64,000 nucleotides of DNA from Amoebophrya sp. A120 (taxonomy: Eukaryota; Protista; Dinoflagellata), in the NCBI GenBank assembly GCA_905178155.1, contig CAJINV010000003.1:6043985-6107984 (forward strand). Reading direction: 5' to 3'. Positions 22,792 through 33,133 of this stretch are shown in pieces. Every line of letters starts with the position of its first letter. Position 1 is the first letter of the stretch. Made by a program: the position numbers and the translations under genes. The notes under the pieces are model-generated. The model did not search any database, was not told the DNA's origin, and worked only from the letters and a program-made list of their open reading frames with translations.

Positions 22792-25700
22792 TCACTGCGC
22801 GACTCGATCCGCGGCATCCTGCGCACTTCCGCGACGCCACGAGTGAGAAGTCACGTTGGCGCGATTCCGCTTGAAGAAAGAACCGTGACAGGTTTTCTTG
22901 CTGCGTTCGACGTATCCGGGCACGTATCCGCACAGATCAGACTGTGGCAGCGTGCGCACTGGCGCTCCGTTGATCGACATGGTTGTTGCACTCGTACCGT
23001 ACCCGCTCTCGGACGAGACCGTCGGCGTTTCGTCGCCAAACCGCTTGGAGTCCGTATTGGTCCGGCCGCCCCCGCCGAGGGTTCGGCCATTCATTTCCGC
23101 CTGGCGGAAACCCAACTGATCACTTTTCGCAGCTTGTTCTGCCTTTCTCTGCAACAGCGACCGCGGTTTCCAGGGCTGCTTCGCACCTCCAGCAGGGTCG
23201 CTGCGGAGGCGGGCGTCACCGTTATCATTATCCTCCCGCACGTTGTTCATCGCGGCATCCATGACCATGTTGACGCGACGATCCTCCTGAAACAGAGACT
23301 CGCGGCTCAACCGGACTGCATTACAATTCTGCCGCATTTTCTCGGCGCGCAGCTCTTCGAGTGGAGTGCGCGTCTTGCGGATGGTTTTCCACGGCACCTG
23401 TAGTTTCGGGCCGCAAAATAAATCCCCGTCGGAAGAAAACATTTGCGCATGATTTTTCGTGTCAACGTCGAGAGCGGCAGATGCTGTGCAGGGAATCATG
23501 CTGCCATCGTTCACTTTGTTTTCTTTGCCGACCTCTCTCTCCTCCAGCGGATCGCACGAAGCGTCAAAAATCACCGGGGTTGTTGTCGTTGTAGTGTCAG
23601 AAAAATGCAGCTTCTTCAGGTTCTTCCGCGTCTCGTTCGCACCTTCGTCCAGGGCATCGGGAAAGACGGTCCCCGGAACGATGCAACGCTTCCGCAGCGG
23701 CAGCGCCATGCGCTCGCGGACCTTCAGCAGCAGGGCACGCGAATAGTACGACTGCTGCTGCTGGTGCAGTTCTTGTTGATGAAATACCGGAACAACCGTC
23801 TGCGCGGATGAAGCTGCCCCCGCCAGGAACAATAGGGAGCCGGTCGTGGTCGCTGCCCCGCCGGGCGAGGATCCCGAGCAGGTCGTGCTGGAGCAAGAAT
23901 CCAGGCAGACCCGGTCGTTCGTCGAAACGGTGCATGTGGTGTCGTGCTCGTGCTCCAGGTGCGTGTGGTCTTGTTCGGAGCTTGCCACGTCAGAGGGCGG
24001 CGCATCTGTGGACGATGGCGGCAGCATTTCTTGCGGTGGTAGAACTGCACCAAGACGATGATGTTGAGCAACATCCTCTGCAACTGCCGGCGCGCCCATG
24101 TGGGGCATCATCAAGGACAGGTCAAAAAAATCGGTCTTCCCCGAGTTTTGTTCCCCCGGAAGGAATATCCTGTGCAAAAGTATCGTACTCGTATAAATCC
24201 AACCTTTTCTTTTTGCATGAAATAGTATAGAAGTTGGTGAGAAGCTGTTGCGATGTTGGTGCGGAAGTTGGTGCGAAGTGGGTGGAGAAGTTGGTGGGGA
24301 AGTTGGCGCGGAAGCCGTTCAGAAGTGGCGGAACGTGCTGGCATCGTCAGCACGTTCTCTGGTGTCAGGCGTGGCGCGTGACTCTGCCGCGACGAGTTCT
24401 AGCGCCTTGGCCGCTTGCAGTTGCAGCTGTATGGGCTGGAAAGAATTGCCCGGCAGATAAATCTCTACAATGACTAGCGAAAGGTGAGAAAACCCATTAT
24501 TTAATAGTATTCCGCAATAGAAACAAAGAATAGAAACGAAAAACAAAAACAAAGAATGAAAACGAAAAACGACAACAAACAATGGAAACGAAAAACGAAA
24601 ACAAAGAATAGAAACGAAAAACGAAAACAAAGAATAGAAACGAAAAACGAAAACAAAGAATAGAAACGAAAAACAACAACAATGAAATGCAGACAAAGCG
24701 CCCAAGCTTCTAAGCGGCGAAGCCTTGAAACGAAGAGGCCTCGAAACGTCTCAGCAGCGAAGCCTCGAAGCAGCGAAGCCTCGAAGCAGCGAAGCCTCGA
24801 AGCAGCGAAGCCTCGAAGCAGCGAGGCCTCGAAGCAGCAGCGAAGCCTCGAAGCAGCAGCGAAGCCTCGAAGCAGCAGCGAAGCCTCGAAGCAACGAAGC
24901 CTCAAAATCAGGGGTCCCCGGACCCGCCATTTTGTCGTTCCGCCGGACCGGAGCGACAAATCCAGGAGTCCCCGGATCCGCCATTTTGCCGTTGCGCCGG
25001 ACCGGAGCGACAAATTGATCCAGGAGTCCCCGGACCCGCCATTTTGTCGTTGCGCCGGACCGGAGCGACAAAATCAGAGGTCCCCGGACCCGCCATTTCG
25101 TCGTTGCGCCGGACCGGCGCGACAAAATCAGGGGTCCCCGGACCCGCCACTTTGTCGTTGCGCCGGACCGGAGCGACAAATTCAGGGGTCCCCGGACCCG
25201 AGAGTTTGCCGTTGCGCCGGACCGGAGCGACAAATTCCGGGGTCCACCCGCGAGTTTGTCGTTGTGCCGGACCGGAGCGACAAATCCAAGGGTCCCCGGA
25301 CCCGCCAATTTGTCGTTGCGCCGGCCCGGAGCGACAAATCCAGGGGTCCCCAGACCCGCTAATTTGTCGTTGCGCCGGACCGGAGCGACAAATTCAGGGG
25401 TCCCCGGACCCGCAAAATTTGTCGTTGCGCCGGACCGGAGCGGCAAATTCAGGGGTCCCCGGACGCGCCAATTTGTCGTTGCGCCGGACCGGAGCGACAA
25501 ATTCAGGGGTCCCCGGACCCGCCAATTTGTCGTTGCGCCGGACCGGAGCGACAAATTCAGGGGTCCCCGGACCCGCGTATTTGTCGCTGCGCCGGACCGG
25601 AGCGACAAACTCAGGGGTCCCCGGACCCGCGAAGTCCGGTGCCGGACCATGGCCGCCGAGCCGGTGCCAGACCATGGCCGCCGCGCCGGTGCCAGCATGC

Positions 25701-27337
25701 AAGATGGCGGCAAAGGCCAACCTGCCAGCCGCGCCGGTGCCGGATCGTGGCCAAGCCAGTCTGGCGCTTTCAAAGTCGCAGGCGGATGGGCCTACCTGTG
25801 CTGAAGCGCCGGAACCGATTATCCACAGATAGACGCTGAGTTTGTGCTACTATTCATCTAGCGGAATACTATTAAGTCTGCAGGATACTGGACACGGGAA
25901 GCGGGATAAGGCTAGTAGAAAGACGGCCACACTCATTCTTTCCATTTATCTGCAGCGCAGTTCGGCACGTCCGCACGACGGCACCATGCGCGCAACGTAT
26001 AGAAAAGGCGGCAAAGGTTGCGCCTGTGATGGCTGCACGCAAAGACGCAAACACCGGGAAAAAAATGAAGCTGCGCGCGCCGTTGTGGAGCCGGAGCTGC
26101 ACGCCGCAGGAGCTAGCTTCTCGCCAACTTCTCAACAACTTCTCGGCCAATATATTAATCAAATTCATTCATTTCGCAAACGCCTTTGCTTTTCTTGTGC
26201 CAAAAAACGCAGCTTTGCGTGCAACCTACACAATATGCCGCGTTTTTTGCTCCACAGCTTCTAAACAGCTTCTCAACAACTTCTCAACAACTTCTCGGCC
26301 AACATATCTGACAGATTTGGCGAGAAGTTGTTGAGAAGTTGTCGCGCAATTCATGATCTAGAGGATGCTCTGCTTTTGCCAACAGACCACTTTTCAAAGC
26401 CCAAAACCTTCCTGCAAAAGCAGGTTTTGGAGCTCCCGCAGCGCTCACATTTGCGCAGAGGCGCGACCGCAGTATGCACGGCCAAACTGATTCGTGACGG
26501 CACACGCGGCCACGAATCGAGATCCGGGAAACTCGTGAGACAGCAGCCAAATGCATGGCGGTACAGAAATTGGAACGCCTACAGTTCAAATCCGCACCAA
26601 GCCCCCGAACAAACCCACCCGCTGACTCCCGCCAATTTCTCAACAGCTGGGAAGTTGGTGAAAAGGTTAGGAGGAAGCTGGTGAGAAGTTGGGGGAAAGT
26701 TGCCTAAAAGTACGTGAGAAGTTGTAGAAAGGTTTCATGCAAGAAAAGGTCGGATTTATACGAGTGCGATACTTTTGCACAGGATAAGGAAGTCGTCGTC
26801 TTCGCCGGGACTTCTGCTGTGGTACGCTGCGCGGGTTCTTTTGCGCGGCGACGGGATCCCGGTGGTGTCCATAAGCAGCCCATGCGATCCGCAGAAAAAT
26901 CCAAGCTCGCTGTCCTGAAGATCAAAATGTAAATGCTGCTGCCGCGCACCAGTAGCGGTTCCTGCTTGTACCCCGAAGGTCGGCCCAGCGTAGTTCGCGG
27001 TTAGGAAAAAATTGCCCCCGAGCTCGTCCTCGCCGTCGCTGTCACTGAAGAGACAGCTGGGCGAATGGTCGGAATCCTCGCCCTCATCCGTTTCCGCTTC
27101 ATCAAAAAGTCCGAGTTGATCTTCATAACACTTTTTCGCGGGAGAGGCAGACGAGCGGTCGTCCCGATCATGTCCTCCACTTGGGATTGTCGTGAAGAAG
27201 TCGAGGGAAATGGAAGGCAGAGAAGCGCAGCCCGCCGTCTTTTTTCGCCCCCGAGCCTCAGCGTACGTCCCTGAAATGAAATTTGAGAGATGCATGGAAA
27301 TTCTCTGAGATCCGTGCGCCTCCTTGTCAACAAGCAT
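22792..27337 (-). CDS. Hypothetical low-complexity protein (~639 aa) interrupted by a 2.6-kb TIR element
   Basis: ORF 27337-26787 (...SPGEDDDFL) and ORF 24160-22792 (PGEQNSGK...) fuse in frame when the element plus one AGGAA copy is removed. Contains YSRALLL. Start codon uncertain. Confidence 0.7.
24517..24680 (+). repeat. A-rich minisatellite (~26-bp unit GAAACGAAAAACGAAAACAAAGAATA)
   Basis: About six degenerate tandem copies are visible. Confidence 0.9.
24718..24903 (+). repeat. Minisatellite (CGAAGCCTCGAAGCAG)n, 16-19-bp unit
   Basis: About ten tandem copies, some with extra CAG. Confidence 0.92.
24911..25631 (+). repeat. 54-bp tandem repeat built from two hairpins (13 copies plus a partial)
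   Basis: Unit GGGGTCCCCGGACCCGCCAATTTGTCGTTGCGCCGGACCGGAGCGACAAATTCA, with stems GGGTCC/GGACCC and AATTTGTCGT...CCGG-A-CCGG...GCGACAAATT. Confidence 0.95.
26277..26341. repeat. Internal hairpin made of AACTTCTC/GAGAAGTT repeats inside the 2.6-kb element
   Basis: caacttctcaacaacttctcggccaa ... ttggcgagaagttgttgagaagttg; a direct copy of the left arm is also at ~26126-26150. Confidence 0.85.
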
Positions 27338-28071
27338 ATTTTCTCTTGACGCAATTCTTGTAGCCGGCTTATTCGTCACCAGCTAGAGGTAGGAATAGAG
27401 CTACAGCATTCATGTGTACAAGTGTGGTCCTCATAGCATAGCAACTACTGTAACAAGAACAGCATAGTGAGTGATCTGTTGTAATTTCATTGTGATGGCT
27501 CTTAGTTTCATACCAGGAGATCCAGCTTTATCCATGGCGGCGAGTGCTGCACCACTGTGCGAGAGATTCATCTTTGTGTTGCTCACAGGCCGCGCACTGC
27601 GATTTTTAGTATTTTCAAACCGATGGCGGGAATGGGATGTGTGTTTCAAAAAGCAGGCGATATCAATTTTTCGTTGTTTTTCCCTTCGCCGCAAAGATTC
27701 TAGGCTCCGGAAGCGAAAGCGTCGTGACAAAGAAAAGCAATAGCTTTCTTCACTCAAAAAAAAGGCAGGACTAGCACCGCTCTCGTTTCGTCACCCTCGT
27801 GGTCCTGTTTTCGAGACACAAAATACCATATGTGTGCTGAAGGAACAAACATGCCGAGTATTTCAAAAGGACTTGCTTCGTCTTGGAACAAAAGTGGAAA
27901 GATGGACTCACACACATACGACGCGCCGAAGAGGTTCGCAGAGTTAAGTCAGGAGTTCTTTTCCTTCTCTGCGCTTGGTAAAATGATTGACATTGATTCG
28001 AAAAACTTAAACTTGCAGGATAATGATGGCGCGCTGATTCTATTTGCACAACTCGTAGAAATGAAGTGCTT

Positions 28072-29144
28072 CTATCGTGGGCCGCCTCCCAGCAGCTGAT
28101 TTTTCTTTGTGTAGAAGTCGGACATGAACATGACCCAGAAGAGACTTGTGTTCGCCAATATGTTTTTGGCGAACAGACTGGCGAAGCAACGACCTGTGTA
28201 AGTTGGGGTGATTGTCTCCCTCAGTAGTTCCGAAAACGCCTTTTTCTGTGTACCGTCTGCAACCGCAGCATTCTTTGCGTGGATGGTCGATACTGTTTCG
28301 GTGGTGAGCGCAAATACGGTTTCGACCAGTGCAACCGTCGGGCCCGCAACGGCTGCCATCGAGGCGCAATGACCCGGGATGCTCACCGACCTGTTTTTCA
28401 TTGCAATCAATCAATACCTCCTGTCATGGTGGAAGGCGCGTAGTTCTAGTTGATCATGATCTGTATAGGAACGTAGTAAATCAATTTGCTATATAGTCTT
28501 TCCGAGATGATGAAAAAGTTGTAGCCCGCACTACCTAGTAAGTGCTTCTATGGAGCGGTGACGGCGAAACTCATCAGCTTCTGGTGAGCGAAAAACAAAG
28601 TATCATAACATCTATACCGTGGATCTTCTTTGCCACCGATTTTGGGCATCATCCAGTCTTTCGTACCGAAACAAACCATCATGCGCAGGCCCTCACCTGG
28701 CGCAAACATGGCCGTGTTCGCAGCGTACTTCTGCAGGCCAGAGAACGAGCAGAAGAAGTTCCTGAACGTTGCTGGGTACGTGTCTCCTGCGATTTTGCCC
28801 AGCTGAAATATTCTTGGAATGTTCAGTATCGGCGAGAAGCCGAAGCCGATGCCGAACGCGCACCCGAAAGGATTCTGCTCGCGCCACTCGGGGGGCACGT
28901 ACAGATTCATAGCGGTGGCGAGGATTTTCATGGACACCCGCGCGGTCGCGCCCGTGAAGGCGGCCTGCGGGGAACTCAAGGTAGCTCGCAGGTGCGAGGC
29001 CACCGCCTGGCTTGACGTGACATCCTGGGCAACGACTACGCGAAATTTGTCCGCTGGGATCCCGAAAGCGTTGGAGACGACAGCGCCGACGACGCCACCG
29101 GTCACCTTGATTTGGTCCTGCGAAAACGCAGCCGGATCCAGCAT
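28072..29144 (-). CDS. Divergent mitochondrial carrier (SLC25)-like protein (~281 aa)
   Basis: Exons 29144-28618 and 28390-28072 join in frame (GT-AG intron 28391-28617). GGVVGAVVSNAFGIPADKFRV fits Px[DE]xx[KR]. Three-fold Gly/Ala-rich hydrophobic layout, but repeats 2 and 3 are degenerate. Confidence 0.65.
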
Positions 29145-29773
29145 GCTAGCTTGGGTGAGAGAGGTGATGAACCGCACAAATGGAACGACGCGGTCAAGAG
29201 TTGGTGGAGATGCAGTGAAGCAAAGACAAAGTCACAAGAAGACAAAAGCGCGACCTAGGACGTGCATTGAGTGCTTTTTCTCTGGTTTTCCGCTAGTCGT
29301 TCTACTTTTTTTACGACTTCATCATGTACACACCGGTAAATGTATTCGCATCATGCGAGGGTAGAAGTGGAAGTAGTAGAACAAGGACAAGCACGAATTG
29401 TCTGCATTCAGCTGCGGTCAGACCCTATGCCAAATGAGATGAGCCGCCCCCATACGGCTGTACTATATCATAATTTTCTTGTCGCTGCAGCGGTCCGCTG
29501 AAACACTAAACACCTTCTATATCATTATGTGCAGTCGGAGTGGTGCGCAAACGGAGCGAAAAAGACATGTTGCAGAGCGTGATCTTTGATTCTGTCCATT
29601 TGTGAGTCACTGTTCTTGATTCATCATCATGATCTTTCTTTTTCTTGTTTTTTTCTCCGAAAAAAAAGGGCTCGTCAACATGGTCGTCACAATCCAGCAA
29701 GACGAAGACCGCACACACCATCTTCACTGCTCCACCACGTAATATTCACAAACATTGACTTCTTTCCTTGCTC

Positions 29774-32700
29774 CTACACGACATGCACTGCTTGCATTTG
29801 CGTGAAAGCGTAGCGCTCCTCCGCCCGGGCGCGGCGTTCGGCCTCTCTGCGCGCGAACACGTCCTGCGACCGATCGCGGCGGAGATCAAGTTCAGACCAG
29901 AGCCAACCCCTCGTCCCCCCGGCGGTCCTTGCGTTTATTCCACCTCCGCTGCCCCTAGAGGAAGTACTAGTGCTCGATGCCTGCTGTACCGCGGCGAGAA
30001 GCGCTTGGCGCTCCCGCCGCAGCTCTTCGCGGACGAGCTTCATGCGCCGCTTGAGCGCCGCCACGTGGTCCAGGCCGTCGAAGATGTTGCAGCTGGCAAA
30101 CCAAACGGAATTGTAGGCCCAGAAACTCACCGCGCGGGGAAACCAGTGCGTGTACTCCCACTGCTCCAAGGTTTGGCGCCGCACCGTGGGCCGCCGATCC
30201 GGCACCAGTGGAAGGGGGACGCCCCACCAAGTGTGGAGCCCGCTGCTTGCATGTTGGTTTGATGTTTGCGGTTGTCTACCACTGTGTAGTTCATCTACTC
30301 CAGCTGGCAGTTCTTTTTGTTCCCTCTGCTGTCTTTCCCGTTCCAGTTTGTCGCGGTGCAGCTTTTCGAACTTTTGTGCGACCTTATGGTCGAAAATGCA
30401 GACGCCCACTTCGAGATTGCGCCGCCCCGAAAACCAATCAAAGTTGAAACTGCCAATGGATGAAAATAACTGGTCAACCACAACGATCTTCGCATGCATG
30501 TGCTCATTCTCGGAGAGGTACACCTCCAATCGAGTTCCGTCGTCGCCAGGTCGTGGGTCGCTGGCAGCACGAAGTTCGCCCCCTATTCCGGCAGACCTGT
30601 TCTCGTCGTCGGCATGATCTTCGTACTGCTGCATAGTCCGCGCTCTTGTTAGGCGTTCGGCCCGCCTTTTGTCTTCCACGAGCAGCTTGCGGATCACGTG
30701 CTTTTGGCCCAGAGTATCGTAGGGAATGGGGGAGACGTCGGACACGCCAGATAGCAGAAAACTCATGTGCACATCGTTGCTGTCGTTGCGCAATTGTCTC
30801 CAAAGCGACCGGCGCAGAAAAAGCGGGGGGAAGAAGTACGGCGTAGTGATGTGCAGGGAATGCAGGGCACCGTACATAGCCTTCGTCAAAACCTTCTGCA
30901 AGCTGCGATTCCGAGCGCGTAGCCGCATGTTCGATCGAACCACCTGGATGTAGACACCCTCGGCTTCTTCGCTAGTAGTAGACGGCCTTCTCGCGGCCTT
31001 GATGTTCTTTTCCTTCTCGCCCAAAACCGGACCGCTTGCAGTCAAAGTCTGGGCAAAAGCCTCCTCGCCGGCCTCAGCGAGCGAATCGAGAAAGACTTCC
31101 GCGAGGTGCTGCACGACCGGTCCCTCCAACTTCACATGCACGTCGTAGAAGCCACCGCAGCCGCCAAGCGCAGGTCCACAGTCCTCCTTCATCACATTCA
31201 AGGAGCCGCAAAATCCTGTGTCGTCACATATCAAAATTTTGCGGTGGTCACGCAATGGCCACGGGTGCAGAAAGTTTACATTTGTAGACGACGTTGAGCT
31301 CGACGCGGAACCAGAATAAAGAGAGTTCACGGCCGTGGTTGCGATTGCATCTTCGTGTTTGCTAGCATCATTCCCCCCAATGTGATTTTCTTCGGATGGA
31401 GGTTGCTGGTGCACCGGTGCAGGGGCGCCGCTGTTCCAGAGGAAGCTTTTCCAGTTATCCGGCGGGTTGAAGACGATAAGTTTCACGCCATGCTCGACCA
31501 GTCTTGCCTTCGCCGCCTCGGGCATGTCTCGCGAGCCGATCCCGTCAACCACTAGCACTACCTCCTTCACGCCACGCTGCTTCGCGGCGACAAGAGCGTC
31601 CACAAAGCGGTCCGCAATTCCGCTCTCATCCAGGATATAGCTCTCCAGCCAGACGCGGTGCGTTGCATTCTGAATTGCCTCAAGCATGACGGGGAAACCG
31701 ACGTCGCCGGTTTCCAGTATCTGCAAACTGTTCCCTTCGGAAAAAGAGCCGTATTTTTGAAAATGAGTCAGCTTTGCCGCCCACGTGTACTTTGCGATAA
31801 GGAGGTCTTCCGCACTCCAAGTCGGAAACGTGTGTTCGTTGACATTTTTCGTGACATGCCGTTCGATCATTGGTGGAATGAGCCGGCGGAGGAGATTCCG
31901 CATTACACTGGGGCGCTTCGGGTCTACAAACTTTTCACCCGGCAGTTGAACAGCGACCGAACTTTGATCTACGTCGTTAACATTCTCCATCCTCTCCACC
32001 TCTTCTGCAGAAGCGGAGGTACTATTGGTTGTTTCATCGCTGCCCGTCTTCCCTTGTTCCTCTAGTCTTCTGAGTAGCTGTAGCAGGACTTTTTTGCTAC
32101 GGTAAGTGCTCTTCAGCGGCGCGGCGGCTATCTCCTGCTCGTCAACACTGCCTGTTGCATAGGCATCTCCATTTGCTGGCCGTCTTTTCATTCCATCTTG
32201 ATCTTCAGTACCAGCGTCAGCGTTCGTCTCTTCGTCCGAGAGGTTATCGGGCAAAGGAGATCGTGAAGACGAAGGAGCTCCACCAGTATGGCGTCGAGAA
32301 AAGGAACTGTGCTTGCGGAAAGCATTGCTACTATCATGAGCGCCGACTTCAGCGTCTACGTCTTGCTGCTCTCCCTGCTCAGTGGCATCGTTTGTGACCA
32401 CTTGTGCATGATAGGGATAGGCATCTTCGCCGAGCCGTGCTTGTTTGACGTTAGTTGCACCTGCATCGTCTCGTGGTACGTCAGTCGTTTCTTCAACATC
32501 AGTGAAAATAGCAGTATTAGCAACACCAGTTCCAGTGCCACTACCAGTGGCGTCATCCTCTACTACTTGTAGCTCATGATTTGGCGCGGTCGCATCAATC
32601 GCAACAGCAGGAGGCTCAGGTCCTTGGTTGAAGACAAGGCTTTCTTCCTCTTCCACCCCCAGGACCAAGGACGGTGCCGGTATCACACTTTTTCCGAGGG

Positions 32701-33133
32701 CATTTTCTGTAAAACGCGACCAAAGGCGAACAAGCTGCAGATCCTCGGCGTCCGCGTCGTTCTCGACATCTGGATCAAACGAATCCTTTGCTTGCACGAC
32801 GGGGTTGCTCCTCGCTCCCACGTCGGAGACCGCTGCCGGGGCCGCAGAAGTTGCGGCCGAAGCTGAGGACGAAGCTGCAGAAAACGCCGTCGCCCCGGTC
32901 GTCCCGGGTGTAATATCATGTACTTGGGCGTCGCCAGTTTTTGCGGCTGGAGCCCTTCCCGAGAATCTTCTGAGAGAAAAAGTCGAGGACAAAAATTCGG
33001 CAGCACTAGTGCTTGCTCCCCTTGTTCCTCCACGTAGAGACTCAACCTCCCCGCTTGAGCTTGTGGTGTCGTCATATTGTATACTCTGCCCTGTTAGTGT
33101 TTCTGAATGCTGTTGATGTTCGTCCATAGTCAT
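29774..33133 (-). CDS. Bacterial-type (phospholipase D superfamily) cardiolipin synthase with long acidic N-terminal extension (1119 aa)
   Basis: Single ORF with GNSLQILETG..FPVMLEAIQNA...LESYI, VVDGIGS, two HKD motifs (RDHRKILICD, MHAKIVVVD), ITTPYFFP and IGSFNFDWFS..RNLE, which is the ClsA/ClsB layout. Confidence 0.85.
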   Translation of the reverse strand: MTMDEHQQHSETLTGQSIQYDDTTSSSGEVESLRGGTRGASTSAAEFLSSTFSLRRFSGRAPAAKTGDAQVHDITPGTTGATAFSAASSSASAATSAAPAAVSDVGARSNPVVQAKDSFDPDVENDADAEDLQLVRLWSRFTENALGKSVIPAPSLVLGVEEEESLVFNQGPEPPAVAIDATAPNHELQVVEDDATGSGTGTGVANTAIFTDVEETTDVPRDDAGATNVKQARLGEDAYPYHAQVVTNDATEQGEQQDVDAEVGAHDSSNAFRKHSSFSRRHTGGAPSSSRSPLPDNLSDEETNADAGTEDQDGMKRRPANGDAYATGSVDEQEIAAAPLKSTYRSKKVLLQLLRRLEEQGKTGSDETTNSTSASAEEVERMENVNDVDQSSVAVQLPGEKFVDPKRPSVMRNLLRRLIPPMIERHVTKNVNEHTFPTWSAEDLLIAKYTWAAKLTHFQKYGSFSEGNSLQILETGDVGFPVMLEAIQNATHRVWLESYILDESGIADRFVDALVAAKQRGVKEVVLVVDGIGSRDMPEAAKARLVEHGVKLIVFNPPDNWKSFLWNSGAPAPVHQQPPSEENHIGGNDASKHEDAIATTAVNSLYSGSASSSTSSTNVNFLHPWPLRDHRKILICDDTGFCGSLNVMKEDCGPALGGCGGFYDVHVKLEGPVVQHLAEVFLDSLAEAGEEAFAQTLTASGPVLGEKEKNIKAARRPSTTSEEAEGVYIQVVRSNMRLRARNRSLQKVLTKAMYGALHSLHITTPYFFPPLFLRRSLWRQLRNDSNDVHMSFLLSGVSDVSPIPYDTLGQKHVIRKLLVEDKRRAERLTRARTMQQYEDHADDENRSAGIGGELRAASDPRPGDDGTRLEVYLSENEHMHAKIVVVDQLFSSIGSFNFDWFSGRRNLEVGVCIFDHKVAQKFEKLHRDKLERERQQREQKELPAGVDELHSGRQPQTSNQHASSGLHTWWGVPLPLVPDRRPTVRRQTLEQWEYTHWFPRAVSFWAYNSVWFASCNIFDGLDHVAALKRRMKLVREELRRERQALLAAVQQASSTSTSSRGSGGGINARTAGGTRGWLWSELDLRRDRSQDVFARREAERRARAEERYAFTQMQAVHVV

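Larger units (their letters stand above)
24505..25871. mobile_element. Nested non-autonomous TIR element flanked by TTAA and filled with satellites
   Basis: TTAA|TAGTATTCCGC (24501-24515) and GCGGAATACTA|TTAA (25861-25875) are perfect inverted copies that enclose the satellite blocks. Confidence 0.75.
24166..26786. mobile_element. Non-autonomous TIR element / inverted-repeat intron, 2621 bp, 5-bp TSD AGGAA
   Basis: Left end tatcctgtgcaaaagtatcgtactcgtataaatccaaccttttctttttgcatgaaa. Right end (reverse complement) tatcctgtgcaaaagtatcgcactcgtataaatccgaccttttcttgcatgaaa. AGGAA at 24161-24165 and 26787-26791. Subterminal GAAGTTG-type repeats near both ends; no transposase ORF. Confidence 0.93.

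Noticed and set aside
24319-25839. Repetitive ORFs up to 340 aa on both strands
   Set aside because: Translations of satellites inside the nested element; no transposase or other domain.
27431-27572. Upstream exon MNLSHSGAALAAMDKAGSPG for the TIR-split gene
   Set aside because: The obvious GT-AG join runs into a stop after four codons, so it is at best a uORF or 5' UTR intron.
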